NCBI GenBank assembly: GCA_905178155.1
Contig: CAJINV010000005.1
Span: 8,344,556 to 8,408,555, forward strand
Direction of reading: 5' to 3'
DNA: 64,000 nt
DNA from: Amoebophrya sp. A120
Lineage: Eukaryota; Protista; Dinoflagellata
Notes under the pieces: model-generated
Seen by the model: only the letters and a program-made list of their open reading frames with translations
What the model was told of the DNA's origin: nothing
Database searches by the model: none
Made by a program: the position numbers and the translations under genes
In this document: positions 52,001 through 62,056 of the stretch, one piece after another
Layout of the letters: each line of letters starts with the position of its first letter
How positions within the stretch are numbered: the first letter of the stretch is position 1

Positions 52001-53166
52001 TGGTGCTGGGAACAACTACAACAATCTCCCGTCATCTTCTGCGTCGGGACAAAATCTGAATCACCAAGCCGCTGCCGCACAAGGTGCAGCTACTACAACT
52101 CTTCAACCTGGGATGTTGAACCAGCAACCCGGGGCGGGGCACCCGCAGGGGTCGCAGACGCAGATGAGCGCCGCTATAAGCAGCTCGGATTTCATTTTCC
52201 CCGACTCGCCAGATTTCAATACGAGCAGCAATAACAACACCATTACCGCAAAGGGGGCTGCAACAATGCCGAATTCCAACACAAGGAAAGAATCTCTGGA
52301 CGATGTGTTTTTTAACATACCGTCCGCCTTTTCAGCGCCGCAGCAGATGGTATATATAATTGCGAATTTTATTGTTATTCGCTCGGTTTTGCATTTTGCT
52401 ATTGCTTGTATGTTGTAGTTGATCTTGATTCGTCTTGATGCACGACCAAGGATGTTGACCATTGTTTCCTGTAAGAACTACAGGTGGTCGATTTTACTTT
52501 TAGCATGACCACGACGAAATCAAGAAGTGGACTTTCGTTGTTGTGTTGTTATCCAGAATTGAATTCTGTTCTTTCGTATGATGAAAAACTGAAAATTTTT
52601 TTTCTCAGGTCAACAAGCTTCAAGCCCCCGGACAACAACTGAAGCCGAGCTCTAGTTCGAGCGATGTGGAGCATTTGAACCTGCTGGAATTTGACGACAC
52701 GCCGCGAACTTCAGGCGTTAATAACGTGACAGCAGTACCACCTGTACCTCCTCCTCCGCCCGCTACAGCAGCTGGAGGGGTGCAGCAACTACAGCAGCCA
52801 CAGATCATTCCAATGCCGCCAAGCACTGCCACAGCCACGACAAACAACATCAAACTGCCAACGATACCGAATGCACAGACCTCCACGAATTTTCTTCCAA
52901 TGCCAGCGGCTACTTCATCACAAAGTACTACTGCTACCGCTGGGACCGCCCTTGTAACTTCTGCCCAGCAACAAGCGTTGCAAATGCAAATGCAACTACC
53001 TCCCCAATCGCAATCCAGCGATCCGAATGTGTGCAAGGTGAAAGAAAAACTGCAGTCGGAGAAAGAAGAAAGACGGAAGCACCAGGCGCAGGAATCGCAG
53101 AGCAATTTGGATTTGCTGTTGAAAAACGCAGATGCAGATTTGTTCGGCGACTTGGAACCAAAATAG
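26453..53166 (+). CDS. WNK: Giant WNK-family Ser/Thr kinase, ~6,283 aa; 16 TIR-element introns plus 2 GT-AG introns (36829-37089, 52350-52608); kinase domain at ~36600-37890; S/E/K-rich N-terminus and Q-rich C-terminus
   Basis: Motifs GAGSYKQVY (Lys in subdomain I), EVAWN (no Lys in subdomain II), IHRDLKCDNIFING, IGDLGL and SIVGTPEFMAPELYDE are WNK hallmarks. 26714 nt minus 7862 nt of introns = 18852 nt, and every junction checked stays in frame. Confidence 0.88.
30045..30127 (+). repeat. Degenerate telomere-like (TTTAGGG-type) tract inside the 2.67-kb element
   Basis: GGGTCTAGGGTTTAGGGCTTGG...GGTTTAGGGTTTGGGGCTTAGGGCCTAGGG. Confidence 0.6.
30581..31898. repeat. Diverged ~590-bp direct duplication (30581-31168 and 31296-31898); a second pair lies at 29714-29820 and 30433-30540
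   Basis: Colinear shared blocks, for example ATAGGTTTGGACCC..GGAGCCGGGG and TTCGGGCTCACCGA. Confidence 0.8.
32717..33946. mobile_element. 1.23-kb TIR element acting as an intron in WNK
   Basis: TATCGAAGAAAAAAACTATGTGACTGTAGGTCTT and AAGACCTACAGTCACATAGTTTTTTTTTTGGATA; TSD ggccg; frame restored. Confidence 0.92.
34007..34329. mobile_element. Introner, family F
   Basis: TIR; TSD cggga. Confidence 0.95.
35801..36041. mobile_element. Introner, family K (TATGGSGTTCTCAAACGTTACATTCTCAACTG)
   Basis: 32-bp TIR; TSD agctg. Confidence 0.95.
36113..36262. mobile_element. Introner, family G
   Basis: TIR; TSD tgacg. Confidence 0.94.
36449..36597. mobile_element. Introner, family G
   Basis: TIR; TSD cagag; removal gives VVEQSPKGRF at the start of the kinase domain. 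Confidence 0.95.
37377..37582. mobile_element. Introner, family L, in the kinase activation segment
   Basis: Imperfect TIR; TSD gggta; removal gives HSGYVAQSIVGTPEF. Confidence 0.92.
37904..38169. mobile_element. Introner, family A
   Basis: TIR; TSD actcc. Confidence 0.94.
38229..38491. mobile_element. Introner, family A (ends ATG)
   Basis: TIR; TSD aggag. Confidence 0.93.
38567..38884. mobile_element. Introner, family F
   Basis: TIR; TSD gcaca. Confidence 0.93.
41452..41704. mobile_element. Introner, family A2 (reverse orientation)
   Basis: TIR; TSD tccgt/cccgt. Confidence 0.92.
41761..42030. mobile_element. Introner, family A
   Basis: TIR; TSD tggaa. Confidence 0.94.
42978..43237. mobile_element. 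Introner, family A (reverse orientation)
   Basis: TIR; TSD attgc. Confidence 0.94.
44514..44662. mobile_element. Introner, family G
   Basis: TIR; TSD gtctg. Confidence 0.93.
45027..45279. mobile_element. Introner, family A2
   Basis: TIR; TSD gttcg. Confidence 0.94.
45367..45630. mobile_element. Introner, family A (reverse orientation)
   Basis: TIR; TSD cgtct/cgtcc. Confidence 0.93.
45996..46031 (+). repeat. (CAG)12 polyglutamine tract within an extended Q-rich coding region
   Basis: Seen directly in the sequence. Confidence 0.9.
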
Positions 53167-53404
53167 GACGAAGAATTCCCAAGAGGTGGACCAAGCAGTT
53201 GTGTGTAAAGTGCTTCCAGCGATGAAACAGATTCTGACTCTGTGGCCTCCGCCTCGAATCGGCGCTGATTTTTACCGCGGGTCAACTAGTGTGACGAATG
53301 AAGATCGCGAAGTTTTTACAGCAAACTGTCAAAGGCAGAAGGATTAAAGTATTTCGTGTCAAGGTAGGTGTATACTATCGAGATTTTCCGAGCAGAAGTG
53401 CGCT

Positions 53405-54469
53405 TCCTATATACTATACGGCAAGAAAATCGATTGACGCCTAACCCGATTTCTACTAGTAAAATCTTACTAGTAAGGAAAGTCCGAGAACTTTATTAGT
53501 AAACAACGTTGCTAGTAATCTTATCCGGACAAGCAAGCAAAAAAACTACTAGTAAGCGTACTAGTAGAGAGTTTACTAGGAGCAAGCTTACTAGTAGAAA
53601 ACTGCCTCGCGGGCCGGTTCGCCCCGAGCTTCCGCCACAGAGCTCGCCCGCGCTGCTTGCTTCCCTTGCCCCCTGTGGAGGACCTAGCGCCGAGCAACCC
53701 GTGCCTGTGTGGTAGCGCGGGGCGTGGCGCGTGTTCCCGGGAAAAGGGGGCGCAGCCGTGGGAGGGCGAGTCCTTATTTATCTGCCCGAGGGTGGCGCGG
53801 CGCGCGCTGCTGGGCCCGCAAGTGCAGGCGATCTAGCAGCTCCGGCCCCGCCACGGTGCCGGGGATGGCTTTGCGCTTTGTTTGGGTCGCCACATTTTGC
53901 CCCGCGGGGGCGGCCCCCTCTTGGTGTGGATGCTCCCGCCGCCCTGCACAAAGAAAAAAGCGCCTTTTCTCGATGCCTTAAATGGTTATCACACACAGCG
54001 GGCCCAGTCCCACTGTGCTGGCTGCACCTGCCTGGCAGGCCAGGTTCTCTGTCGCGCACGCAGTTTCCACAGCTGCGCCCCTATGTGCCCCGTCAAAAGC
54101 AGCCCTGCCGCCTTGGAGGCGTAACTAGCATGACGAGCAGCCGCCCGCAAGTCTCGCAGCCTGAGGGGGTGCTCGCAAATTTATTGGGAACCCGCGGAGC
54201 TTCTCCTCCGGAGATCGCAAATTTATTGTTCTTTCTTTCTCCTGGACCCGGAGCTTCTCCTGCTCCTGGGGCCTGGGGCGGGCCCCTGTCACACCTATTG
54301 TCTTTCTCCGGGGGGCTCAGGCGCACGGAAAAGCCCTGCGACTGCAGGGTTTTCGTCCCCCCTCCACTCCTTCCGCGCCCCTGCAGACGTCTTACAGGGA
54401 GATCGGGCCCATCGTTTCTTTGTCTGCTCCATACCTCTCCGGCGGTCGCGGAGCGACCGCCCGTGCTAG
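53405..54469 (+). mobile_element. Putative non-autonomous Helitron-like element
   Basis: 5' TCCTATATACTATA; 3' perfect hairpin GGCGGTCGC-GGA-GCGACCGCC (54441-54461) followed by CTAG; no TIR. The flanks are not the canonical A|T. Confidence 0.6.
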
Positions 54470-54496
54470 ATAATACTATCGAGATGTTCCGAGCAG

Positions 54497-55512
54497 AAGT
54501 GAATCACTTTCAAAAGAATCATAGGGCCGAAAAAAAAAAAAAATTTGCGTCCCCAACTGCCGTAGCGCCTGCAGCTTTTTTCCCCGCGCCAGAAACAGCT
54601 GGTCGGTAGATTGCAGTGGGCGAATGCTTGAGAAGGCTGCGACCAAAAGCCCCAGGCGTCGCATTTTAGTAAGGATGTAGTGCGCAGAAGATGCCATAGA
54701 AGTTACCACAAGACCAGCCCCAAAGCATCACACCGTGGCGCATAATGCTACCCCGCATGGTGCTACTGGCGCACTATTCTTACTCTTGCCCTACTCTACT
54801 GTTACCAAGTGGCGAAAGAAGAACAGTGGAGGTGTAATCACTTGAGATGCTCAGCCTGTTTCAGACGAAAAAAAAGTCAAGCCCACTTGATATCTGCTTG
54901 GGTGATTTGACGCGAAAAAGACGCGCTTCGGGCATCAGTTTGATGCCAAAAGTCGCGCTTTTTTGCAGGGGTGATTCAAGCAGATACTAAGCGGGAGGAG
55001 TCAAATGAATCATAGGGCTAATTGATAGCTACAAAACGCAAGGTGATTACACCTCTTTTTTCGCTTCGAAAAAGATGAATTTTTGGCAAAAGTTGTCACT
55101 TTTTCACAAAATGCGACACCCTCGGAACGCTACGCCCGACGGTATGGAGGTGTAATCACTTCAGTTTTGTGGTGTCGCTTTTCCTATCTTTAGCAATGGG
55201 CTTTTGCTTGGTATTTTGGGTTGCGAATGCTTCCCCCGAGTTGTTTGCAAGCTATTCAGGCGCGATGGCCCCAGCATCCACCCATGGCCATTGCGTTCGT
55301 CCCCCGACCGTAGCCACCAACCAAATAGCGCAAACCTTATCGAGAAAGGCGCGACTTTCCTGAGAAGCGTCGCTGTGTCTCAGGTTATTTGGTTGTATAT
55401 GTTGGGCGCTACTTTATGCGTGCGAGCCGTGCCATGCACTGCGGTACACGGAAATTTTTTTTTTTTCCGTATGGTGATTCATTTGTAATGTGATTCATTT
55501 GCCCCTGTGATA
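54497..55512. mobile_element. ~1-kb TIR element of the ...GATA type with a damaged left end
   Basis: Left AAGTGAATCACTTTCAAAAGAATCA is inverse to right TGATTCATTTGTAATGTGATTCATTT..GTGATA; internal GTAATCAC/GTGATT motifs recur. Confidence 0.55.
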
Positions 55513-57264
55513 GTCAAGGTAGGTGTACATTACCGAGATTTTCCGAAAAGAAGTGCGCTTAGAAAATCCTTTTTTCAAGAAATGCTTTCTGTACATTTTC
55601 AATTGATGACGTTTCTCTATTAAAACTCGTAATCTTCCAGGGAGATCTAGATCTTGATCTAAAGTCGTGTCGCAGCCAAAAAAAAGAAAGCATGATAGGC
55701 TTGATCTAAACAGGAACAGGAACTCCTACTTTTCATGATACAAGCACATCCTCGAAGCAAAATTGAAGTCACAATGTCTGAGATCGTATTCTCAGTTTTA
55801 AGGGTATAGTAGAGTCAATGTCAACAAGGTCGGGAAAGCTGTCCCGATTGAAACCAGATTGGGCAGTTTCTATGGCTGTGGTCGCAGCAAAAAACCTGAA
55901 TGTTATATTTTTTTTCAAAACTGACGCGAAGAAGGTCAGCGCGATAAAGATCGCGATCGCGTAGCAGTAAAGATTTTTCGCAATTTTACCATATTATGAG
56001 AATACTACTTTATCGCAGTACGTTGGATTCTTGGCATTGGTGCGTATAAAAATCAGGAAATAAAGCAAGTAGGCGCCGTACAGAAGAGACTCTTTCTTAT
56101 TAAGAGCCTTCGCTTGGTGAAAATATTAAGCTTCTTGTGCTTTTTTACCTAGGAAGAAGGCAAAGGCGACGTGCTAGCTGTGGCACGACCTGTAGCATTA
56201 GGTGAGGAGTCGTGGTTTGTTTGAAGAACTGCGCTTGTTGCAGCTCCGTCCGTAGCTTATTAGACTCCTATTATTGGGCTCGGATGACAATTATATTTGT
56301 GTGATAAAAACGAAAACGATCGCGATCGCGATCACCAGAGGGGCGCTGTGGCGTAGTTAGAGGGCAAAGCAAAGGAACGGAACGTAGATGCGGAATAGGA
56401 TGGAAAAGCGCTTGGAAAAACAGAGCGAGAAAAGAAAAAAAAGTATCTCAAAAAAGGGAAGATAAAAGAAAATTCACGAAGAATGACTTCCGGGCTTGCC
56501 CAGCTTCGTCGAGAAGTGGCCTAGATGGGCGGACTGATGTTCTTCAAGTAGGTCAAAGGTCCCATAAAAATCGGGTATGATTTACACGAGAATCTCCTCC
56601 TCGTTCCGTGTGAGAGCGAGGCCTTGCCGTCTTCGTTGCTATGTATAGTTCAAATGAGAATTATCTTGAGATCGTTCCTTGATCTTGTCGGGACCACTTG
56701 ATTTTGATAAGTGAGTGATCAAATGAAAGAGACTTTTGGCATCGAATGGCTCTGTGCACGTGGTCTCGAATACAATGTAAAATTTTGATTGGAAAATAAT
56801 CGGATCGAAAACGTACTTCCGATCATATGACAATATCGCACTGAATCTTCGAAAAATATAACTTTCGATCCGTGCCCGTCATCTCATTGGTATTCTATTT
56901 TTCTAAAAGAAGGAAACTCCGAATCGAAATGAAAATTGTGATCTCTTGGAGTAGAAGCGAGGCCCGAGAGGGTCGCTCGGATTATCTTCCTATGTATTTC
57001 GCTAAAATTGTGATTGTGGTTGAAGTTGTTGTGTGTAATGTTGGCAGGTCGCTGTCTGGCTTTCTACCAGGAAGGAGTAGTGGATATAGCACGACGTCGA
57101 TATCATGTTGAAGAGGAGCGTCGCTACCGCTAGATATCTTTTCATCTGCCGCTAAGAGATACAACAACTCACCCGCATTGGACTAATTTAGCGACCACCT
57201 TGTTTTTAGCGAGGTTGGTAAAAGTCTGTGTAGTGAACGAGAAGTCATAGCACTAGAAAAAAAG

Positions 57265-59077
57265 ATGTTCCGCAACACCACCACTCCCTTCGGCACAACT
57301 ACTAACCGCGACCGCCTCCCCTCCAGCAACCCGAGTTCGAACAAAAACTACCAGTCCGCGCTCCCAGACGAGCATGATGAGCAACTCGCTTCCGATTTTG
57401 TCGGTGGTTTAGCCGGACTCGGCCAGTCGAGCCGGTTTAATTCGCAGTATGGGGGAGGTAGTTCTTCCTCCAGCAGGGGAACTGCGGCGTCAAGTGCTTT
57501 GTTTAGTAAACCCAGAACACCGCAGACCCCAATCAAAACGTCGAAAGAGGTAGTGGAGGACATTGTGATGGGCGATGCGTCGTCGAACCATAATTACAAC
57601 AGCTCCCGAGGACATCAATCGTCGTCAAACTGCGGCCTCTTCCAGCGTTCCGCACGGGACCTGGGACAGCTCTTCGCCCGGATAGATGCGGCGGATGGAG
57701 ATGAGCACGACAATAATCACCACCCGATAAGCTCGGATCAAGATGAGGAAATGCTGGATCAGAATGGGAAAAACGCATCACAGAAGTCCTCCGCGTCCTC
57801 GTCACACACCGTGGAACCAGTCCCGGAGTACGAGTTGGATACAAGTACACTAAATAACAGCTTCAGCAGCATGCTGCCAGGTGGAACAATGTTGAATAGC
57901 CGGCAAAATGGAGCAGGGGTAGTACCATCCACGAACATCATGAACATAGCGAAAGGCGCGTTTTTCTTCCAGGGAAATCCGCCCGAGGGCATGATGTTTC
58001 CGGCGGGTGGTGCGTCGAACAACGGTCAGGTGGTATCAACATCTTCCCCTTCCAGTAGCGACAGCGCCACCAGCAACCCAAATCGAATACCGTTGCAGCA
58101 AATCCCCGTTTTCGTCAGTTCTATCGCCCAGACGATTTTTAACAGCTGTGTTCTAGCGCTCGGGTTTTGGGCTTTGTACAGCTTTTACGCGATGATCCGG
58201 GATGACATTCAGACGAAGGTGGAAAAATACTCGCAAGAGATTTTGGACCAGATAGAGAAATGCAGCCACGACTACACCGTGAACAAGTATTGAAATGGGT
58301 TACGTTTTTTTTTACAACAAGATTCGTCGACTCGCTGAACACCTTTTTTCGTGCTGTTTGCATCATCACTAGTACAACACCACCTACACCCGCTAGTACC
58401 GGGATGAACAAATTCAAATTTTACTACAAGGTTGAGCTGCAGCATCACATGATCTTCACACCATATTATCAAAATCAAACTTTCTCAATTAATACCAAAC
58501 TATCAGGTGCGGCATCGACGTCCGTCCGGCTCTGGAACAGCCCTGCCGGCAGTGGCAGGCCTGTATGGACCAAGATCCTTTGCAGGTTGCGTACAAAACG
58601 AAATTTTCCGCCGCGACCTTTGGCGAGGCCTTGAACGGCTTTTTTTCCGAATTGGAATGGAAAACCATTGTCGGGTTTCCGCTGTTGATGGTGGTGGTGT
58701 TGATCGGGTTCAATATGCTGTTTGGGATGATGAACAGAACGGGTGGTGGGGGTGGGAGAAGTGGTACGACGGGAGGAGTTGAGCAGCAGCAATATCATGC
58801 GCAGCAGATGCAGCAGTATAACAACCAAAATCTTCCCGGCTCTTGGGGCGCATCATCATCCTCCTCCTACCACCAGCTTCCTTATCCGCAGCCACAGCAG
58901 TTTCTGGAAGATAATTTCGATTTCAGCGGGATGAAGGGAGACAATGACTATCGGAGTAATCGTCCTGGGTGTCATTCTACTTCTTCTATGATGCCAGCAA
59001 GCATCACAGATATGGACCACAGCGCTAGTACAACCGGGCGCGGTAGCAATTTACACCATCGAGGAAGGTTTTACTGA
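57265..59077 (+). CDS. Brr6/Brl1-family nuclear envelope protein, ~530 aa; GT-AG intron 58287-58506
   Basis: Two TM segments flank the four-Cys loop CSHDYTVNK|CGIDVRPALEQPCRQWQACMDQDP..KFSAATFGEALNGFF, typical of the Brr6-like C-C domain. Confidence 0.88.
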
Positions 59078-60047
59078 TTATGGAATTGTTTGTGAAGAAG
59101 ATGCCACGCACGCACAAAGCGGAACGCGACGACAAAGAGAACTCAACTTAGCAGAACTACTAGACGAGGAACTTTTTTACTTCGATCGTGTGTACGCAAG
59201 AATTGGCTCCTCGAAATAGTGAGTACTTTGGGTTTTGACAGAACAAGCGACTGATAATTGAAGATTCACAATGTAATTCTAGACTTTCACTTCCAGAAGC
59301 CAGGTGGGAAAAATGGAGACTCGACCTTAATGGCCGCTTGTTCCACCCTGGTGCGTTGTTCGTACGGATTTGAAGTGTGTCGCTCTTTGTGCCGTTGCCG
59401 TTACAACACTAAAATTTGTTAATGCCGTCACCGTTCATTTACTTGCACTATCGTTCTCGTTCTCGTGCATCGTTCCAATAACTAGAATTTTGAGCATTCA
59501 TCGTAAAGATCTCCTGCAGTAGATCCATAGTTGGTTTTGAAATTCTTGGTTCGTGAACGTCGAGAACAGACAAAATTAATTTGCGTCTCTCTCGTGATTT
59601 ATCTTGCGGCCCCGTCCACAGATGTTGTAGCTGTAGGTGCTCGTCGTGCGAAACTATGTATAAGGCAACGATGATCACTGTCGTCCTACTCGTTCGTCCA
59701 CCGTATCCGTGTGATGTCAGAACGCCTTGTCGTGCTGCAGTGGCCGGATGATCAAGTGCAAATTATCTTCTTCCTATTACAGGTAAAAGGAACATCAAAA
59801 AATTTCCCCATCTAGTAAGATCCAGTGGGTCCTGTTGCGCCCCGGATGGGGCGTCATGATACATAAGTAGGGCATTGTTCTCTATCGAGTTACTAGTGCG
59901 CACTCGCTGCAATGTTTTTCCGACTTTGATACGCCCAAAAATAACATGTTTTGCTTCTCCGCAGCACTAGCTAGACGTTTCTAGTTTGATGTCACTTGTT
60001 TTAGCAGCATGGAATCAAAACCCCTAGTAGGAAAGTAAAAATCCATC

Positions 60048-61246
60048 ATGCCACGGCACGAGCGCGCCGCTGCCGGCGGAGGTGGGCGGAGGCGGCAACG
60101 GAAAGGGGATCTTGCCGCTGGTGCAGGAGAAGAAGATAACTCCACGGCGATCCAGATAGAACAAGAACCCGAAGTAGCCCCACCGCCCCCACCGCCCCCT
60201 CCACCACCACAAATAGCGCCATATACTTCTCCTCCGCCGAAGTCAAACGCCAGTCTCCCAGACACGGCGGCCGAAGTCCTCTCGCCGAGTAGTAAAGCAC
60301 AACCATCCTCTTTATCCCTCGCCGCCGCCATGGCGGGGGGGAGCAAGGGACCGCAGTCGATGAACAGGCCCAGTGCGAGACACTCCAGGTTTCAATCGTT
60401 GGCGGCGCAAGATTTAGACGTGAGAAAAGACCGGCATTTGGACACGATGCAGTGCGTGCAACTGCCGAAGAACCAGAAGAAGCCCATTATGGATTGCAAA
60501 TATGTCTGGGTCTGGAGGAATGCGAACTTGTGATGCAAATTTCACAACACATGAAAATCTCTCATGCATAGGCAACAAAAGCTGCCCACTTTCTGTCACC
60601 AAAATGTGGCATTTGTGATGCGGATTCGGCATTGCGGAAGCTTCTCGAAATCTGTGATGCTAGAGCTTCCATGCCAGACCTTATGCGTCATGCAAAAGCA
60701 GCATGACTCTTCCAGACCCAGACATTTTTGCAGTTGATACCCATGATTGCGGTACAACACACCTTCTGGCTGGTGTTCGGCGGCATGCCGTTGGTGATAT
60801 TGTGGGCGGTGTTCGGCTGCTTAATGATCTTCCCCGGGGCTTTGCTTGGTGCTTACAGTCACGCCTGGAACTGTTGGGGCATTGCGGCGATCATATTATA
60901 TCCGTGGAAGAAGGATAAAAACATCTGGCAGAAACCAAACCAACGCGCAGCGGCGGGTGGAGTGGGCAATATTCTGTGGTTTCCCTTTGGATTAGTCCTG
61001 TTCTTGCTCCACTTACTCGGGGCGTTTTTGTGTTTACTGTCCGTCGTCTGCATCCCCGTGGCGTGTAATCACATGCGACTCGCGAATATTGCTTTAACCC
61101 CGTTCGGGTTGGCGTTTACGCGGGACGACGCGAAGGAGGCAATAGTTCTGAAACCCAGAGAAACCGTGGCGAGTCAGATGCATTCAAGGATATCGACGCG
61201 GGGGAATTTCTGGAACTCGAAATCCAAAGCGAGTCAGATAATGTAG
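60048..61246 (+). CDS. YccF-domain (inner membrane component domain) protein, ~313 aa, with a Pro-rich N-terminus
   Basis: FWLVFGG...ILYPW and GNILWFPFG..LHLLGA..CIPVA..MRLANIALTPFG are two YccF-like repeats. One introner removed gives 942 nt in frame. Confidence 0.8.
60488..60739. mobile_element. Introner, family A
   Basis: TIR; TSD cccat. Confidence 0.94.
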
Positions 61247-62056
61247 TATTTATTCACAGTATCTACTACAAAACGAGATAGATTAGGTTGATTTTCATGT
61301 TTTTTTTTCCTTGTATCCCCAGAATCTGCCCTTGAAGCCCGTAACCTAAAAACCCACCTATCCTTTAAAAAAAGTAGATCCTAAGTTCTCTAATCTGCCA
61401 CCTTGAAAACATGAGGCGAATTTGTCCTTGAGTTTAGAAGAAGACGACAGCAACCGGATCGGACCCCACTAGTGATACACAAGAACCCACAGCACTGCTA
61501 GTAACAGTGCATTCGAGTTTTATCTTCTTTTATTTCAACCTCTGACGTCAACTGTATCTACTTCCGTCGTACTTTCTTGTGTTTGTTTCGAATTATTTCT
61601 CTTTGTTGCAAAAAATAAACCGCCGCTGTAAGGAAGCAGAGGGGAGCTGCAACCTGGCACGCCACGCTGACCTAGTGTGTGCATGGAAATTGTTCTTTAC
61701 TTATCCTTCCAGCGTTCTTTGAGAGAAAATTGCGCACTACGAAAGAACGTACCACGATCAGGCAGGGTACAGGATGCTGAGTGCAGGTGCAGCTGCCCTT
61801 CTTTACAACCCTGTATTCGCGCTTTCAGTCACGAAACGCAACAGCAATCTGTGGACTTGAGAGCGGAGAGAGAGAGACAGACGTGAGGGAGAGCCGGCGC
61901 ATTGGCAACTACACAGCTTCCCGCGAGTGTAGCTCCTTCTGAACCAGGACGACAGACAGCTATTTTCATAGGCACCTATTGGAGTCAGGAGATGAAAAGA
62001 AGCTGGTGAAAATAGTAGACAAGAACTTCAGCACAGCATCCGACTACATACTAAAG

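Larger units (their letters stand above)
53358..55560. repeat. 48-bp direct repeats (53358-53405 and 55513-55560, 43/48 identical) plus a partial 29-bp copy at 54473-54501
   Basis: GTCAAGGTAGGTGTA..CGAGATTTTCCGA..AGAAGTGCGCTT. Confidence 0.85.

Noticed and set aside
45645-52462. Long minus-strand and alternate-frame ORFs rich in Leu, Ala, Cys or Ser
   Set aside because: Shadow ORFs of the CAG-rich WNK coding strand.
53355-53372. TCAAG|GTAG as a dinoflagellate spliced-leader gene junction
   Set aside because: The upstream sequence does not match the CCGTAGCCATTTTGGCTCAAG leader beyond 5 nt.
53731-54609. 292-aa ORF as a Helitron Rep/helicase
   Set aside because: Pro/Gly/Ala-rich, no HUH or helicase motifs, and it runs across the element boundary.
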